Assembly (NCBI GenBank): GCA_045593725.1
Contig: JAZNXE010000011.1
Span: 1-60,464 of the forward strand
Length of the DNA: 60,464 nucleotides
Direction: 5' to 3'
From: Eubacteriales bacterium
GTDB lineage: Bacteria > Bacillota > Clostridia > Oscillospirales > CAG-272
Shown: positions 48,393-56,525 of the stretch, one piece after another
Numbering within the stretch: the first letter of the stretch is position 1
Layout of the letters: every line of letters starts with the position of its first letter
Translations under genes and position numbers: made by a program
Notes under the pieces: model-generated
What the model saw: only the letters and a program-made list of their open reading frames with translations
The model's database searches: none
What the model was told of the DNA's origin: nothing

Positions 48393-48913
48393 CCAGAAAG
48401 GATGGTACGGGCCAATGAGAAATTAAATTGACCGCTAAAAACAAAGTAGGATAGGAAACCAACCGATAGTTTAAAAATGAAAATAGGACGGTACACTCCA
48501 ATGAAAAAGTGAATACGAAACTTCAAGGCAGGCGTAAAGAAAACACGAAAAAGCGTTCCGTAGTGCGGTAGTGATGCGAGTGAGGAGTTTATATAGATGA
48601 GCCTCTTAAGCTACTAAAAAGCTTAGGACGGCGGGTTTAAATCGGAACGAAAAAGTGACGCGGCAGAGAAGTTGAAAATATCGCCTTTTACAGATAATAG
48701 TACAAGAAAAACAAAGGGTATTCTCCTTAGAGAATTGGATTTTAGTGTTTGAGGGATGTAGTAGATGTGTAAAGGGTAGAACAGGAAAGAGAGGATTAAG
48801 AAAGATGTTAGATATCAAGAGTGAACAGAAGTGACCCTTGATTGCAGTGTGAAGAAATTGCAGTCGAGGGTCATTTCTACGTTTATACGGTGGCAGCGAA
48901 GGCTGCTTTTTTT
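48393..48913 (+). ncRNA. Candidate ~520-nt purine-rich RNA carrying minigenes
   Basis: Bounded by a consensus promoter and two hairpins (48828-48877; GGCAGC-GAAG-GCTGCT + T run at 48892-48913); no + strand ORF of 60 aa or more. Confidence 0.4.
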
Positions 48914-49038
48914 GCTTTAAATTTATGAAATAGATTTGTAAAAAAGGTATTGAAATTCAAAAAAAGAAATGATATAATGTATTCAGAAACCCAAAGGGTC
49001 ACCGATTGGGTTAATGAATTTAAAGGGGATATGTAACT

Positions 49039-49689
49039 ATGAAAAAGTTTAAGTGTAAGGTTTGCAAGGCTGTTTTTGACTCAGAAGCAGAGCCGGTATG
49101 CCCTATCTGCAAGGTAAAGGGAGATAAGCTTGAAGAGATAGTGGAGGCTCCTGCAAATAAATACGCCGGAACCCAGACCGAAAAGAATCTTGAGGCTGCT
49201 TTTGCGGGTGAATCTCAGGCAAGGAATAAATATACTTATTTTGCGTCTGTGGCAAAGAAGGAAGGCTACGAGCAGATATCCGCGCTCTTCTTAAAGACAG
49301 CGGATAACGAGAAGGAGCACGCAAAAATGTGGTTTAAGGAGCTGAACGGTATAGGAAATACCGCAGAGAACCTTGCACACGCCGCAGAGGGCGAAAACTA
49401 CGAGTGGACAGATATGTATGAGGGCTTTGCCAAGACCGCCGAGGAGGAGGGCTTTGTTGAGCTTGCTAAAAAATTCCGTCTGGTAGCTGCTATTGAGAAG
49501 CACCATGAAGAGAGGTATCGTGCGCTCCTCAAGAACGTTGAAACAGCGGCTGTGTTTGAAAAGAGCGAGGTAAAGGTGTGGGAATGCCGCAATTGCGGTC
49601 ATATAGTTGTTGGTACAAAGGCTCCCGAGCTTTGTCCTACCTGTGCGCATCCTCAGAGCTACTTTGAAATTCACGCGGAGAATTATTAA
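49039..49689 (+). CDS. rbr: Rubrerythrin with extra N-terminal rubredoxin-like domain
   Basis: CKVC...[29 protein letters not shown]-terminal CRNCG...CPTC; promoter TTGAAA-17-TATAAT at 48950-48978. Confidence 0.93.
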   Translation: MKKFKCKVCKAVFDSEAEPVCPICKVKGDKLEEIVEAPANKYAGTQTEKNLEAAFAGESQARNKYTYFASVAKKEGYEQISALFLKTADNEKEHAKMWFKELNGIGNTAENLAHAAEGENYEWTDMYEGFAKTAEEEGFVELAKKFRLVAAIEKHHEERYRALLKNVETAAVFEKSEVKVWECRNCGHIVVGTKAPELCPTCAHPQSYFEIHAENY

Positions 49690-49776
49690 TTATATAAGTA
49701 AGCCTCTCATAATGGGAGGCTTCTTGTGTTAAAATAGACAGAAAGAGCAATAATATAGAAAGTAAGGGTGAATAAA

Positions 49777-50085
49777 ATGTCAGTTGTTTTGGTAAATAAA
49801 AATAATTTTGAGGAAGAGGTTATAAAAAGTGACCGCCCCGTACTTCTTGATTTTTTTGCAAGCTGGTGCGGACCCTGCCGTATGCTGTCGCCGATCGTAG
49901 AGAAGATAGGTGAGGAGCATCCCGAATATAAGGTGTGCAAGATAAATGTTGATGAGGAGACGGAGCTTGCTGAGAGATTTGAGGTAATGAGTATTCCATC
50001 TCTTTTCGTTCTAAAGAACGGAGAGGTAGTTAACGCGTCGGTGGGAGCGCTCCCCGAGGCGCAGATACTTGCCATGCTTAAATAA
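49777..50085 (+). CDS. trxA: Thioredoxin
   Basis: DFFASWCGPC, MSIP. Confidence 0.95.
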   Translation: MSVVLVNKNNFEEEVIKSDRPVLLDFFASWCGPCRMLSPIVEKIGEEHPEYKVCKINVDEETELAERFEVMSIPSLFVLKNGEVVNASVGALPEAQILAMLK

Positions 50086-50087
50086 AT

Positions 50088-51017
50088 ATGGATAACAGAG
50101 TATTTGATACTGTAATTATCGGAGGAGGTCCCGCGGGCTATACGGCGGCGCTTTACGCCGCAAGGGCGGGACTCGATACTCTTGTGCTTGAAAAATTCAG
50201 CGCAGGGGGTCAGATGACCGAAACTCAAGCTATTGACAATTATCCCGGCCTTGATGAGGGAATCGACGGTTTTTCCTTGGGGGATAAAATGAGAAAGGGC
50301 GCGGAGCGGTTCGGAGCAGTTACCAGACAGACCGAGGTGCTTTCAGCAGAGCTTGACGCCTGTCCGAAGAAAATAATCACAGACAGCGGAGATGTGTTGG
50401 CAAAAACGGTTATAATCGCAACGGGAGCAACTCATAAGCATTTGGGTATTGAGCACGAAGGTGAGCTTGTGGGCAGAGGAGTAGGCTATTGCGCCGCTTG
50501 CGACGGAATGATGTTTCGAGGCAAGACGGTTGCTGTGGTTGGCGGAGGCAACTCGGCGGCTGCAGACGCAATGATACTTTCCCGTCTGTGCAAGAAGGTC
50601 TATCTTATACACCGCAGAGATACACTGAGGGCTACCAGGATATACCATGAGCCGCTTATGAAGGCGGAAAACGTGGAGTTTATTTGGAATAGCCGCGTGA
50701 GTGAGCTTCTGTTTGACAGAAAGCTAAACGGTATTGCGGTGGAGGACGTGAATAGCGGAAAACGCTCAGAGCTATCTGTTGACGGATTGTTCATCAGCAT
50801 AGGTCGTTCTCCCGCCTCGGATATGTTTGACCGACAGCTTATCCTTGATGAAAACCGATATATCGTAGCCGACGAAACGACCAAAACCAATATAGAAGGA
50901 GTTTTTGCCGTTGGTGACGTCAGGACAAAGAGTGTCAGACAGATAGTCACAGCGGCTTCCGACGGAGCCGTAGCGGTACATTTTGCCGAAGAATATCTGG
51001 CAGAGAAGAGAGCTTAG
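50088..51017 (+). CDS. trxB: Thioredoxin-disulfide reductase
   Basis: GGGPAG, CAACDG, VGGGNSA, HRRD, FAVGD. Confidence 0.95.
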   Translation: MDNRVFDTVIIGGGPAGYTAALYAARAGLDTLVLEKFSAGGQMTETQAIDNYPGLDEGIDGFSLGDKMRKGAERFGAVTRQTEVLSAELDACPKKIITDSGDVLAKTVIIATGATHKHLGIEHEGELVGRGVGYCAACDGMMFRGKTVAVVGGGNSAAADAMILSRLCKKVYLIHRRDTLRATRIYHEPLMKAENVEFIWNSRVSELLFDRKLNGIAVEDVNSGKRSELSVDGLFISIGRSPASDMFDRQLILDENRYIVADETTKTNIEGVFAVGDVRTKSVRQIVTAASDGAVAVHFAEEYLAEKRA

Positions 51018-51043
51018 CAAAACAAAGGGAGAACCTCAGGAAA

Positions 51044-51110
51044 TGATATAATCCCCTTAGTGTGGTATTGAAAATTTTTTCAGTGTCCACACTAAGGGGA
51101 TTATTTTATA
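51044..51110. repeat. Long inverted repeat between convergent genes
   Basis: ATAATCCCCTTAGTGTGG (51048-51065) / CCACACTAAGGGGATTAT (51087-51104). Confidence 0.8.
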
Positions 51111-51145
51111 AAATAACTGTCAGTCCTTAATAGTTTTTTGTTGGT

Positions 51146-52042
51146 TTAATGATGATGGTGGTGATGGTGGTTCGTTTCGTCACAGTCTGATTTTATGTTA
51201 CATTTTCGGTCGTGACATTGTTCGCCTTCCTGTTCAAGCTCAAGGGTCGAATGTATGATTCCGTGTTCTGATAGTTCCTTTTTTGCCGCATCCTTGATGA
51301 AGTGCGGGTCTGCGCCGATAACTATATGCATAGTTGCGTAGTGCTTCTGCCCGTCTATGGTCCACACGTGAATGTGGTGAACGTCAAGAATTCCGTCTAT
51401 TTTTAACAGGTGCTCTTTAAGCTCCGGAATATGAATATCGCGGGGAGTTTTCTCAAGGAATATATCAAATATCTCGCTTAAATATTTTATCGAATTTACA
51501 AGGATAAATACAGCCACGCATATTGACATGATAGGGTCAATAACAGCAATGTTTGTAAAGCGCATAATAATAGCCCCCAGCAGGACGACTATCCATCCAA
51601 GCGCATCCTCAAGCATATGAAGATTGACAGCTCTTTGATTTACCGATTTCCCTTGGCGGGTGAACAAAGCTGCGCTGAGGTTGACGAGTACCCCGATAAC
51701 GGCAAAAAATATCATTCCGCTATAATTTATTGGCGTAGGATTGATTATCCGTGTTATAGCCTTGTAAATTACCGCCGCAGAGCCTATCAGAAGTATCAAC
51801 GACGTAATAAGCCCTCCTATGACCGAGTATCTGGCATAGCCGTAGGTATATTTCTCATCCGAAGCGCCTTTGCTTTTCTTCTCAAGCAAATATGAAATCC
51901 CAATGCTCGCCGCATCTCCTATATCGTGAACCGAATCGGAAATTATGGCTACGCTTCCTGTAAGTATGCCGCCTACAAATTCAAAAATTGAGAAAGCAAG
52001 ATTTAATACAAACGCAAGTAAAATGTTTCTTTCCGCTTTCAT
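51146..52042 (-). CDS. czcD: Cation diffusion facilitator (Zn/Co/Cd efflux)
   Basis: SDSVHDIGD, YTYGY.R, LHMLED, DVHHIHVW, C-terminal poly-His. Confidence 0.92.
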   Translation of the reverse strand: MKAERNILLAFVLNLAFSIFEFVGGILTGSVAIISDSVHDIGDAASIGISYLLEKKSKGASDEKYTYGYARYSVIGGLITSLILLIGSAAVIYKAITRIINPTPINYSGMIFFAVIGVLVNLSAALFTRQGKSVNQRAVNLHMLEDALGWIVVLLGAIIMRFTNIAVIDPIMSICVAVFILVNSIKYLSEIFDIFLEKTPRDIHIPELKEHLLKIDGILDVHHIHVWTIDGQKHYATMHIVIGADPHFIKDAAKKELSEHGIIHSTLELEQEGEQCHDRKCNIKSDCDETNHHHHHHH

Positions 52043-52054
52043 AATTCCTCCCTG

Positions 52055-52175
52055 TTGACAGAAAATAAAATTTATGGTACAATGTTGTTACCGAACATAC
52101 CGTTCAATAATATTGTATTTTGTTAGGTATATAAAGTCAATATATATTTGGCATGGATAGTTCGATACCGAACAT
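52055..52175. promoter_or_regulatory. Face-to-face promoters with probable TetR (SczA-like) operators
   Basis: + TTGACA(52055)-17-TACAAT; - TTGACT(52140)-17-TACAAT; imperfect palindrome TACCGAAC-ATACC-GTTCAATA between them; TACCGAACAT repeated at 52166. Confidence 0.65.
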
Positions 52176-52200
52176 TTAAAAAAATTTGTACGGAGGGAAA

Positions 52201-52752
52201 ATGGATAGACGGCAAAGGAAGACCAGAGAAGCTATATTCAATGCCTTTAGTGAGCTTCTTTCAAAAAAGCATTATAACCGAATCACGGTAGGGGAGATAA
52301 TTGAAAATGCCGACATAGGCAGAGCCACCTTCTATGCTCATTTTGAAACCAAGGACTATTTGCTCAAGGAGCTTTGCGAGGAGCTGTTTTGCCATATATT
52401 CGATTCCTCTGGACAGGGGGAAGAAAATCACGTGCATATTTTTGATTGTGACGCACCGCCATCCGTGTTTATACATCTTTTACAGCATCTACAAAAAAAT
52501 GACTTGAACATATTAAAATTGTTGTCTTGTGAAAATAACGAGCTGTTTTTGAGATATTTTAAGGAAAATCTAAAGGAGCTTATAAACAGACAGCTTCCCA
52601 TTTTCGCACACAAAAAGCCCGAGAAATTGCCCGAGAGCTTTTGGGTAAATCACATATCAAATTGCTTTGTAGAAGCTATCCGGTGGTGGGTAGAAAACGG
52701 AATGAAGGAAAGTCCCCAGACCTTATCGGAATATTTTATGTCGGTAATATAA
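52201..52752 (+). CDS. sczA: TetR-family regulator, SczA-like zinc sensor
   Basis: MDRR..KT, ADIGRATFYAHF, ELCEELFCHIF and H.L.HLQKN resembling streptococcal SczA; divergent from czcD. Confidence 0.75.
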   Translation: MDRRQRKTREAIFNAFSELLSKKHYNRITVGEIIENADIGRATFYAHFETKDYLLKELCEELFCHIFDSSGQGEENHVHIFDCDAPPSVFIHLLQHLQKNDLNILKLLSCENNELFLRYFKENLKELINRQLPIFAHKKPEKLPESFWVNHISNCFVEAIRWWVENGMKESPQTLSEYFMSVI

Positions 52753-52779
52753 AAATTCCTAAAACATGGAGAAAACGCA

Positions 52780-53013
52780 ATGAAAAGCAAGAAGAGAGAG
52801 CCGTGGAGAGTGATTGTTTTCATTATTGCAGTAGCATTTATCGTGTTTATGTGGGTAAAAGATATTGTTACTATATACACTACGATGCCAAGAGAACAGG
52901 TAATCCCGCTTATTGTTACTACTCTTGCTGTTTCCTTGCTTAAGGTTGGCATAATGGCAGGGGTGATATTGTCGATAAAATGGATTATTGGCAAGGTGAA
53001 GAAGAGAAAATAA
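52780..53013 (+). CDS. Small two-TM membrane protein
   Basis: RBS GGAG, two hydrophobic segments, basic ends, followed by a terminator. Confidence 0.7.
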   Translation: MKSKKREPWRVIVFIIAVAFIVFMWVKDIVTIYTTMPREQVIPLIVTTLAVSLLKVGIMAGVILSIKWIIGKVKKRK

Positions 53014-53018
53014 AGCTG

Positions 53019-53056
53019 ACAAGGGCTGAGCAAAATACTGTTCAGCCCTTGTTTTT
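53019..53056 (+). terminator. Intrinsic terminator
   Basis: ACAAGGGCTGA...TCAGCCCTTGT + T run. Confidence 0.8.
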
Positions 53057-53565
53057 GTATCAGTATATGCCAAAATCACTCCTTTGGATAGAGAGTCAGC
53101 TTGTCTTCCTTCGGGCGGTAAACTTCGGGAAATATCTTTTTTGCGTCCCCATGTTCCTGTAATTTTAATTGATTGGTAAGGCAATTCACATTAAAATCGT
53201 GGGTGTGCCGTTGATATATTTGCGTGTGCGAGGTATTTTAGGGGCAATGAGATTCAAAGCTATGGATGAAAGACCGTAAATTGCAAGGGCTATCAATGGC
53301 TTTTCAGGCTCCTTAAGCTCGGTTGCCAGATCTGCGCCTGTTGAGCCGATCCCCACTTATTTACGTAGAAATGAATATTACGCTTTTCGAAATAGGGCGG
53401 CGGCTCTCCCAAACGACCGTTTCGGGATGTATAGCCTCCACCTCAAGCACGCGCCGTATCCGATGCTTTTGGTATGTTCTTCGGGGGAAACAAACAGAAT
53501 TTCGAGTTCCTTGTGATGCGTTTCTTTGTTGATCTTTAATTCCTTGTAATAATTTAAGAAAATCC

Positions 53566-53595
53566 TTGACAGTAGCCTTGGATATGTGATATAAT
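53566..53595 (+). promoter_or_regulatory. Sigma-A promoter of the terminal membrane operon
   Basis: TTGACA-18-TATAAT with TG extension. Confidence 0.75.
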
Positions 53596-53643
53596 ATGGC
53601 GTCTGTTATCACGTTGATTTTTACTGTGTTAAGGAGAATCCCG

Positions 53644-55161
53644 ATGTCGTTTTCGCTGCTTTCAATCGCTATTATCGCCGTTACCGCGGCAGTTATATAC
53701 AGAGAAGTCCGAAAGGGATACAGGCACGGGTTATCAAGGTCGCTTATCAGCTTGTCGATCTTGATCTTCTGTGCTGTATTTGCTTCTCTCGTTTCTGTTT
53801 GGATAACCAAGCCCATCGGGGCATTGGTAATCGAGATTTTGCGTAGTACGGGCGTGCTTAACTTGTTAAGCGGAACGCTGGCACTTTTTGTGGGCATTGT
53901 CAAAATGCTCGTAAATATCATAATTTCGCTGCTGCTCTTCCTGCCTACCTTCTACATATTGAGAGCACTCGTTACTTACCTTGTGAAAATAATAATAGCG
54001 GCAGTCACCGCAAAGTCAAACAAAGGTAGGTCCAAAGGAAGTGCGGTGTATTTGTCGGAGGATGCTCCTTTCTACGTCGTCAATGATAAAAAGCTCGGCG
54101 CGCTGGTTGGCGCGCTGTCAGGCTTTATTATAGCCGTTGTGGTATTTATGCCGCTTATGGGCTTGCTGAAGAGCGCGGACGATATCGCGGATACCCTGAA
54201 GGAGATGACCGATATTCCCGCGGTGGAAAACTCAAAGGGACTTGACATTCTTGACCGTTACGCTAACGACGCATCGGGAACTGTGCTTTACACCTGCGGC
54301 GGTGGAGTTATCTATGATATAACGACCCGTACGAATGCGTACGGATATACCTCCTGCCTTAACGATGAGATAAAGGCTATCAGAGAAACCAATCTTACGG
54401 AAACGGCGGTAGAGCTTTACGAGTCGGGCGCTATAACGCTTGAAAACTCCGAAATTATAGAAAAATTCCTTGATAAAGTAGACCGTTCGCTCTTCCTGAA
54501 ACTGGTTATGGCTGACGTACTTAAAAACGTTTCTTCGAGATGGCTTGAATATCAGCCTTATATGGGAATTGCAAGACCTAGCTTCAGCAGCTACAGCGAG
54601 ATAGATAACTTTTTCAATTCTGTTCTCTACGTTTGTACCTCCACGAGTATCGAAACCTATGATGCGGACATAAGAACTATCGTCGCACTGATAAGGATAT
54701 TTGAGGAGTATCCCATACTTAATACTCGCGACTATAAGAGCTTTATGACCGATTTTGTCGAGGAAAATGCTCTTCAGAGCATTGAAGCGGAGCTTCGAAA
54801 AAATCCGCATATGAATTCTGTTCACGTTGCGATAGACGATTTGATTATGAACATAATTGCCTCCGAGTTTGAACTGGAGAAATATTCGCTTAGCCAAAAA
54901 ACGAATTTATATAACGGTATTGCATCTGTTCTTAACGATGCAAGGGGACTTAGCGGTTACGTAAAGAGTACGGCTATAGCCAACGGAATATCCGAAAAGT
55001 TTGAGTCGTGCGGAGTATATGTGCCGTCAAATCTTGAAAACCGCATAGCAAACTTGCTGTCCTATAAGTTATCTGACAGTTCGGAATTAACGGGAACTGC
55101 AGTGGAAAGTATCTTCGAGGAATATATGAAGGAGAAGGACCAGGGCGAAGGCGATAAATAA
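53644..55161 (+). CDS. CvpA-like membrane protein with large C-terminal helical domain
   Basis: KGYRHGLSRSLISL and DKKLGALVGALSG resemble CvpA-family motifs; about 4 TMs; RBS AAGGAG before ATG 53644. Confidence 0.6.
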   Translation: MSFSLLSIAIIAVTAAVIYREVRKGYRHGLSRSLISLSILIFCAVFASLVSVWITKPIGALVIEILRSTGVLNLLSGTLALFVGIVKMLVNIIISLLLFLPTFYILRALVTYLVKIIIAAVTAKSNKGRSKGSAVYLSEDAPFYVVNDKKLGALVGALSGFIIAVVVFMPLMGLLKSADDIADTLKEMTDIPAVENSKGLDILDRYANDASGTVLYTCGGGVIYDITTRTNAYGYTSCLNDEIKAIRETNLTETAVELYESGAITLENSEIIEKFLDKVDRSLFLKLVMADVLKNVSSRWLEYQPYMGIARPSFSSYSEIDNFFNSVLYVCTSTSIETYDADIRTIVALIRIFEEYPILNTRDYKSFMTDFVEENALQSIEAELRKNPHMNSVHVAIDDLIMNIIASEFELEKYSLSQKTNLYNGIASVLNDARGLSGYVKSTAIANGISEKFESCGVYVPSNLENRIANLLSYKLSDSSELTGTAVESIFEEYMKEKDQGEGDK

Positions 55162-55192
55162 AGCGTATAAAAACAGACGAAGGAGAGAATCA

Positions 55193-55891
55193 ATGGAACA
55201 GATCATAACGTCGATCATTGTGGCATTTCTGATTATATTGGAAATAGTGCTGTATTTCATTTTGTCGGCAACCGTGCTTCCAAAAATCGTTAAGATAAAG
55301 TGCTCTGTTCGAAGCAGCACGGACAGAGGATTGAAAAAATACATATATCCTAGCGGACGTGCGATATCCTATGAGCCGCATCCCTCGGTGAGAAAATACA
55401 TTCAAAGATATATACTTTTTACCAACGACGGATACAAGTATATAAAGTGTAGATTGGATCGCGGAATTGACAAGCTTGTTTTTTCGGTAGTAATGTTTAA
55501 CAACGAGAACCGCGTGATAGACGTGCTTGAGCTTACCGCAACAAATAAAGGTGAAAACGAAACCCGCTCCGTGCTTCTTCATCAGGATACATCATACGTA
55601 TCTGTAGCTGTGGATTCTGTAAATGGGAATAAGATGTTCAACGAGGTTATAATGGAGTGCAGGCTTTGGAGGCTTTGGGTATATAGCCTTTCGATAGCCG
55701 CCCTGAATTTTCTTCAGCTGATCTTCACAAAGGACATGATAGCTCTTTACGACAAATGGTTCTTTAAGAGCGGAATAGCAAATTCATTTCGCGTAGAGAT
55801 GCTACTTTTTGCTTCCTTCGGCATAGCCGCCGTATCGGGCGCGATCGTTTTCCTCAAAGCCAGAGGAAAGAGAGTAAGGTGGAGAATATGA
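55193..55891 (+). CDS. Hypothetical membrane protein (TM, beta-rich domain, two TMs)
   Basis: RBS AAGGAG; hydrophobic N-terminus and two C-terminal hydrophobic segments. Confidence 0.75.
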   Translation: MEQIITSIIVAFLIILEIVLYFILSATVLPKIVKIKCSVRSSTDRGLKKYIYPSGRAISYEPHPSVRKYIQRYILFTNDGYKYIKCRLDRGIDKLVFSVVMFNNENRVIDVLELTATNKGENETRSVLLHQDTSYVSVAVDSVNGNKMFNEVIMECRLWRLWVYSLSIAALNFLQLIFTKDMIALYDKWFFKSGIANSFRVEMLLFASFGIAAVSGAIVFLKARGKRVRWRI

Positions 55892-56523
55892 AAAGCATAA
55901 ACGACAACCTTTTGGCAAAGGGTGTTTACGATCATTTTCAAGTCGGCGGATACTTCACGGTAAAGGAATACATTATTGTTAAGCAAGACGGCAAGCGTTG
56001 CTTACTTTTGCGATTTAAAAATGAGATGAAAACCAATGTAAACACCGTCGAATTCACTGTTAAACAGTTGGATTCCAAAAACAAACAGATACACAGCGCA
56101 ACGATAAAATATGACGGTCTGAATATCCGTTCAAGGGCGTATTACAGTGCCGAGCAGGGTATAGTGCTTGACGACGCGTGCGAGAATTTTATAGTACAGA
56201 TGAGATACGTCATAAGCGATAAGGTCAAATACGTCTTCAAAAAAGGACTTGTAACGGCTCATTATGACGCGAGAGGATACGTAGTTCCAAAGCCCTCGTT
56301 CAAGCGTGAGTGTAAGGTGTCACTCAAAAGCAGGAGCGCAAAGCTTGGCAGGGGATACGGCTGGGTAGCTCTCTTGTCGTTCGTCCTTCTCGTTATCGCC
56401 GTCGTTATACTGATATACCGCGGAAATAACAGCTATAAAAACAAAAATTATTCAGACTTGAACACGGTAACAGTTTCACAGCAATACTCAAACAGAAACG
56501 ATAAAAACCAAAGCAGGAGTTAA
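55879..56523 (+). CDS. Hypothetical protein, beta-rich domain with C-terminal TM anchor
   Basis: Overlaps upstream stop (alternative ATG 55888 gives ATGA coupling); TM WVALLSFVLLVIAVVILI. Confidence 0.75.
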   Translation: MENMKSINDNLLAKGVYDHFQVGGYFTVKEYIIVKQDGKRCLLLRFKNEMKTNVNTVEFTVKQLDSKNKQIHSATIKYDGLNIRSRAYYSAEQGIVLDDACENFIVQMRYVISDKVKYVFKKGLVTAHYDARGYVVPKPSFKRECKVSLKSRSAKLGRGYGWVALLSFVLLVIAVVILIYRGNNSYKNKNYSDLNTVTVSQQYSNRNDKNQSRS

Positions 56524-56525
56524 TC

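Noticed and set aside
48393-48830. CsrB/RsmZ-like GGA-repeat sponge
   Set aside because: I count 11 GGA motifs, not clearly above expectation for such A/G-rich sequence, and they are not in regular hairpin loops
53060-53560. 500-bp intergenic stretch with short ORFs (52759..53184, 53323..53532, 53361..53921)
   Set aside because: No recognisable protein motif, repeat or RNA structure; may be a decayed gene but unsupported
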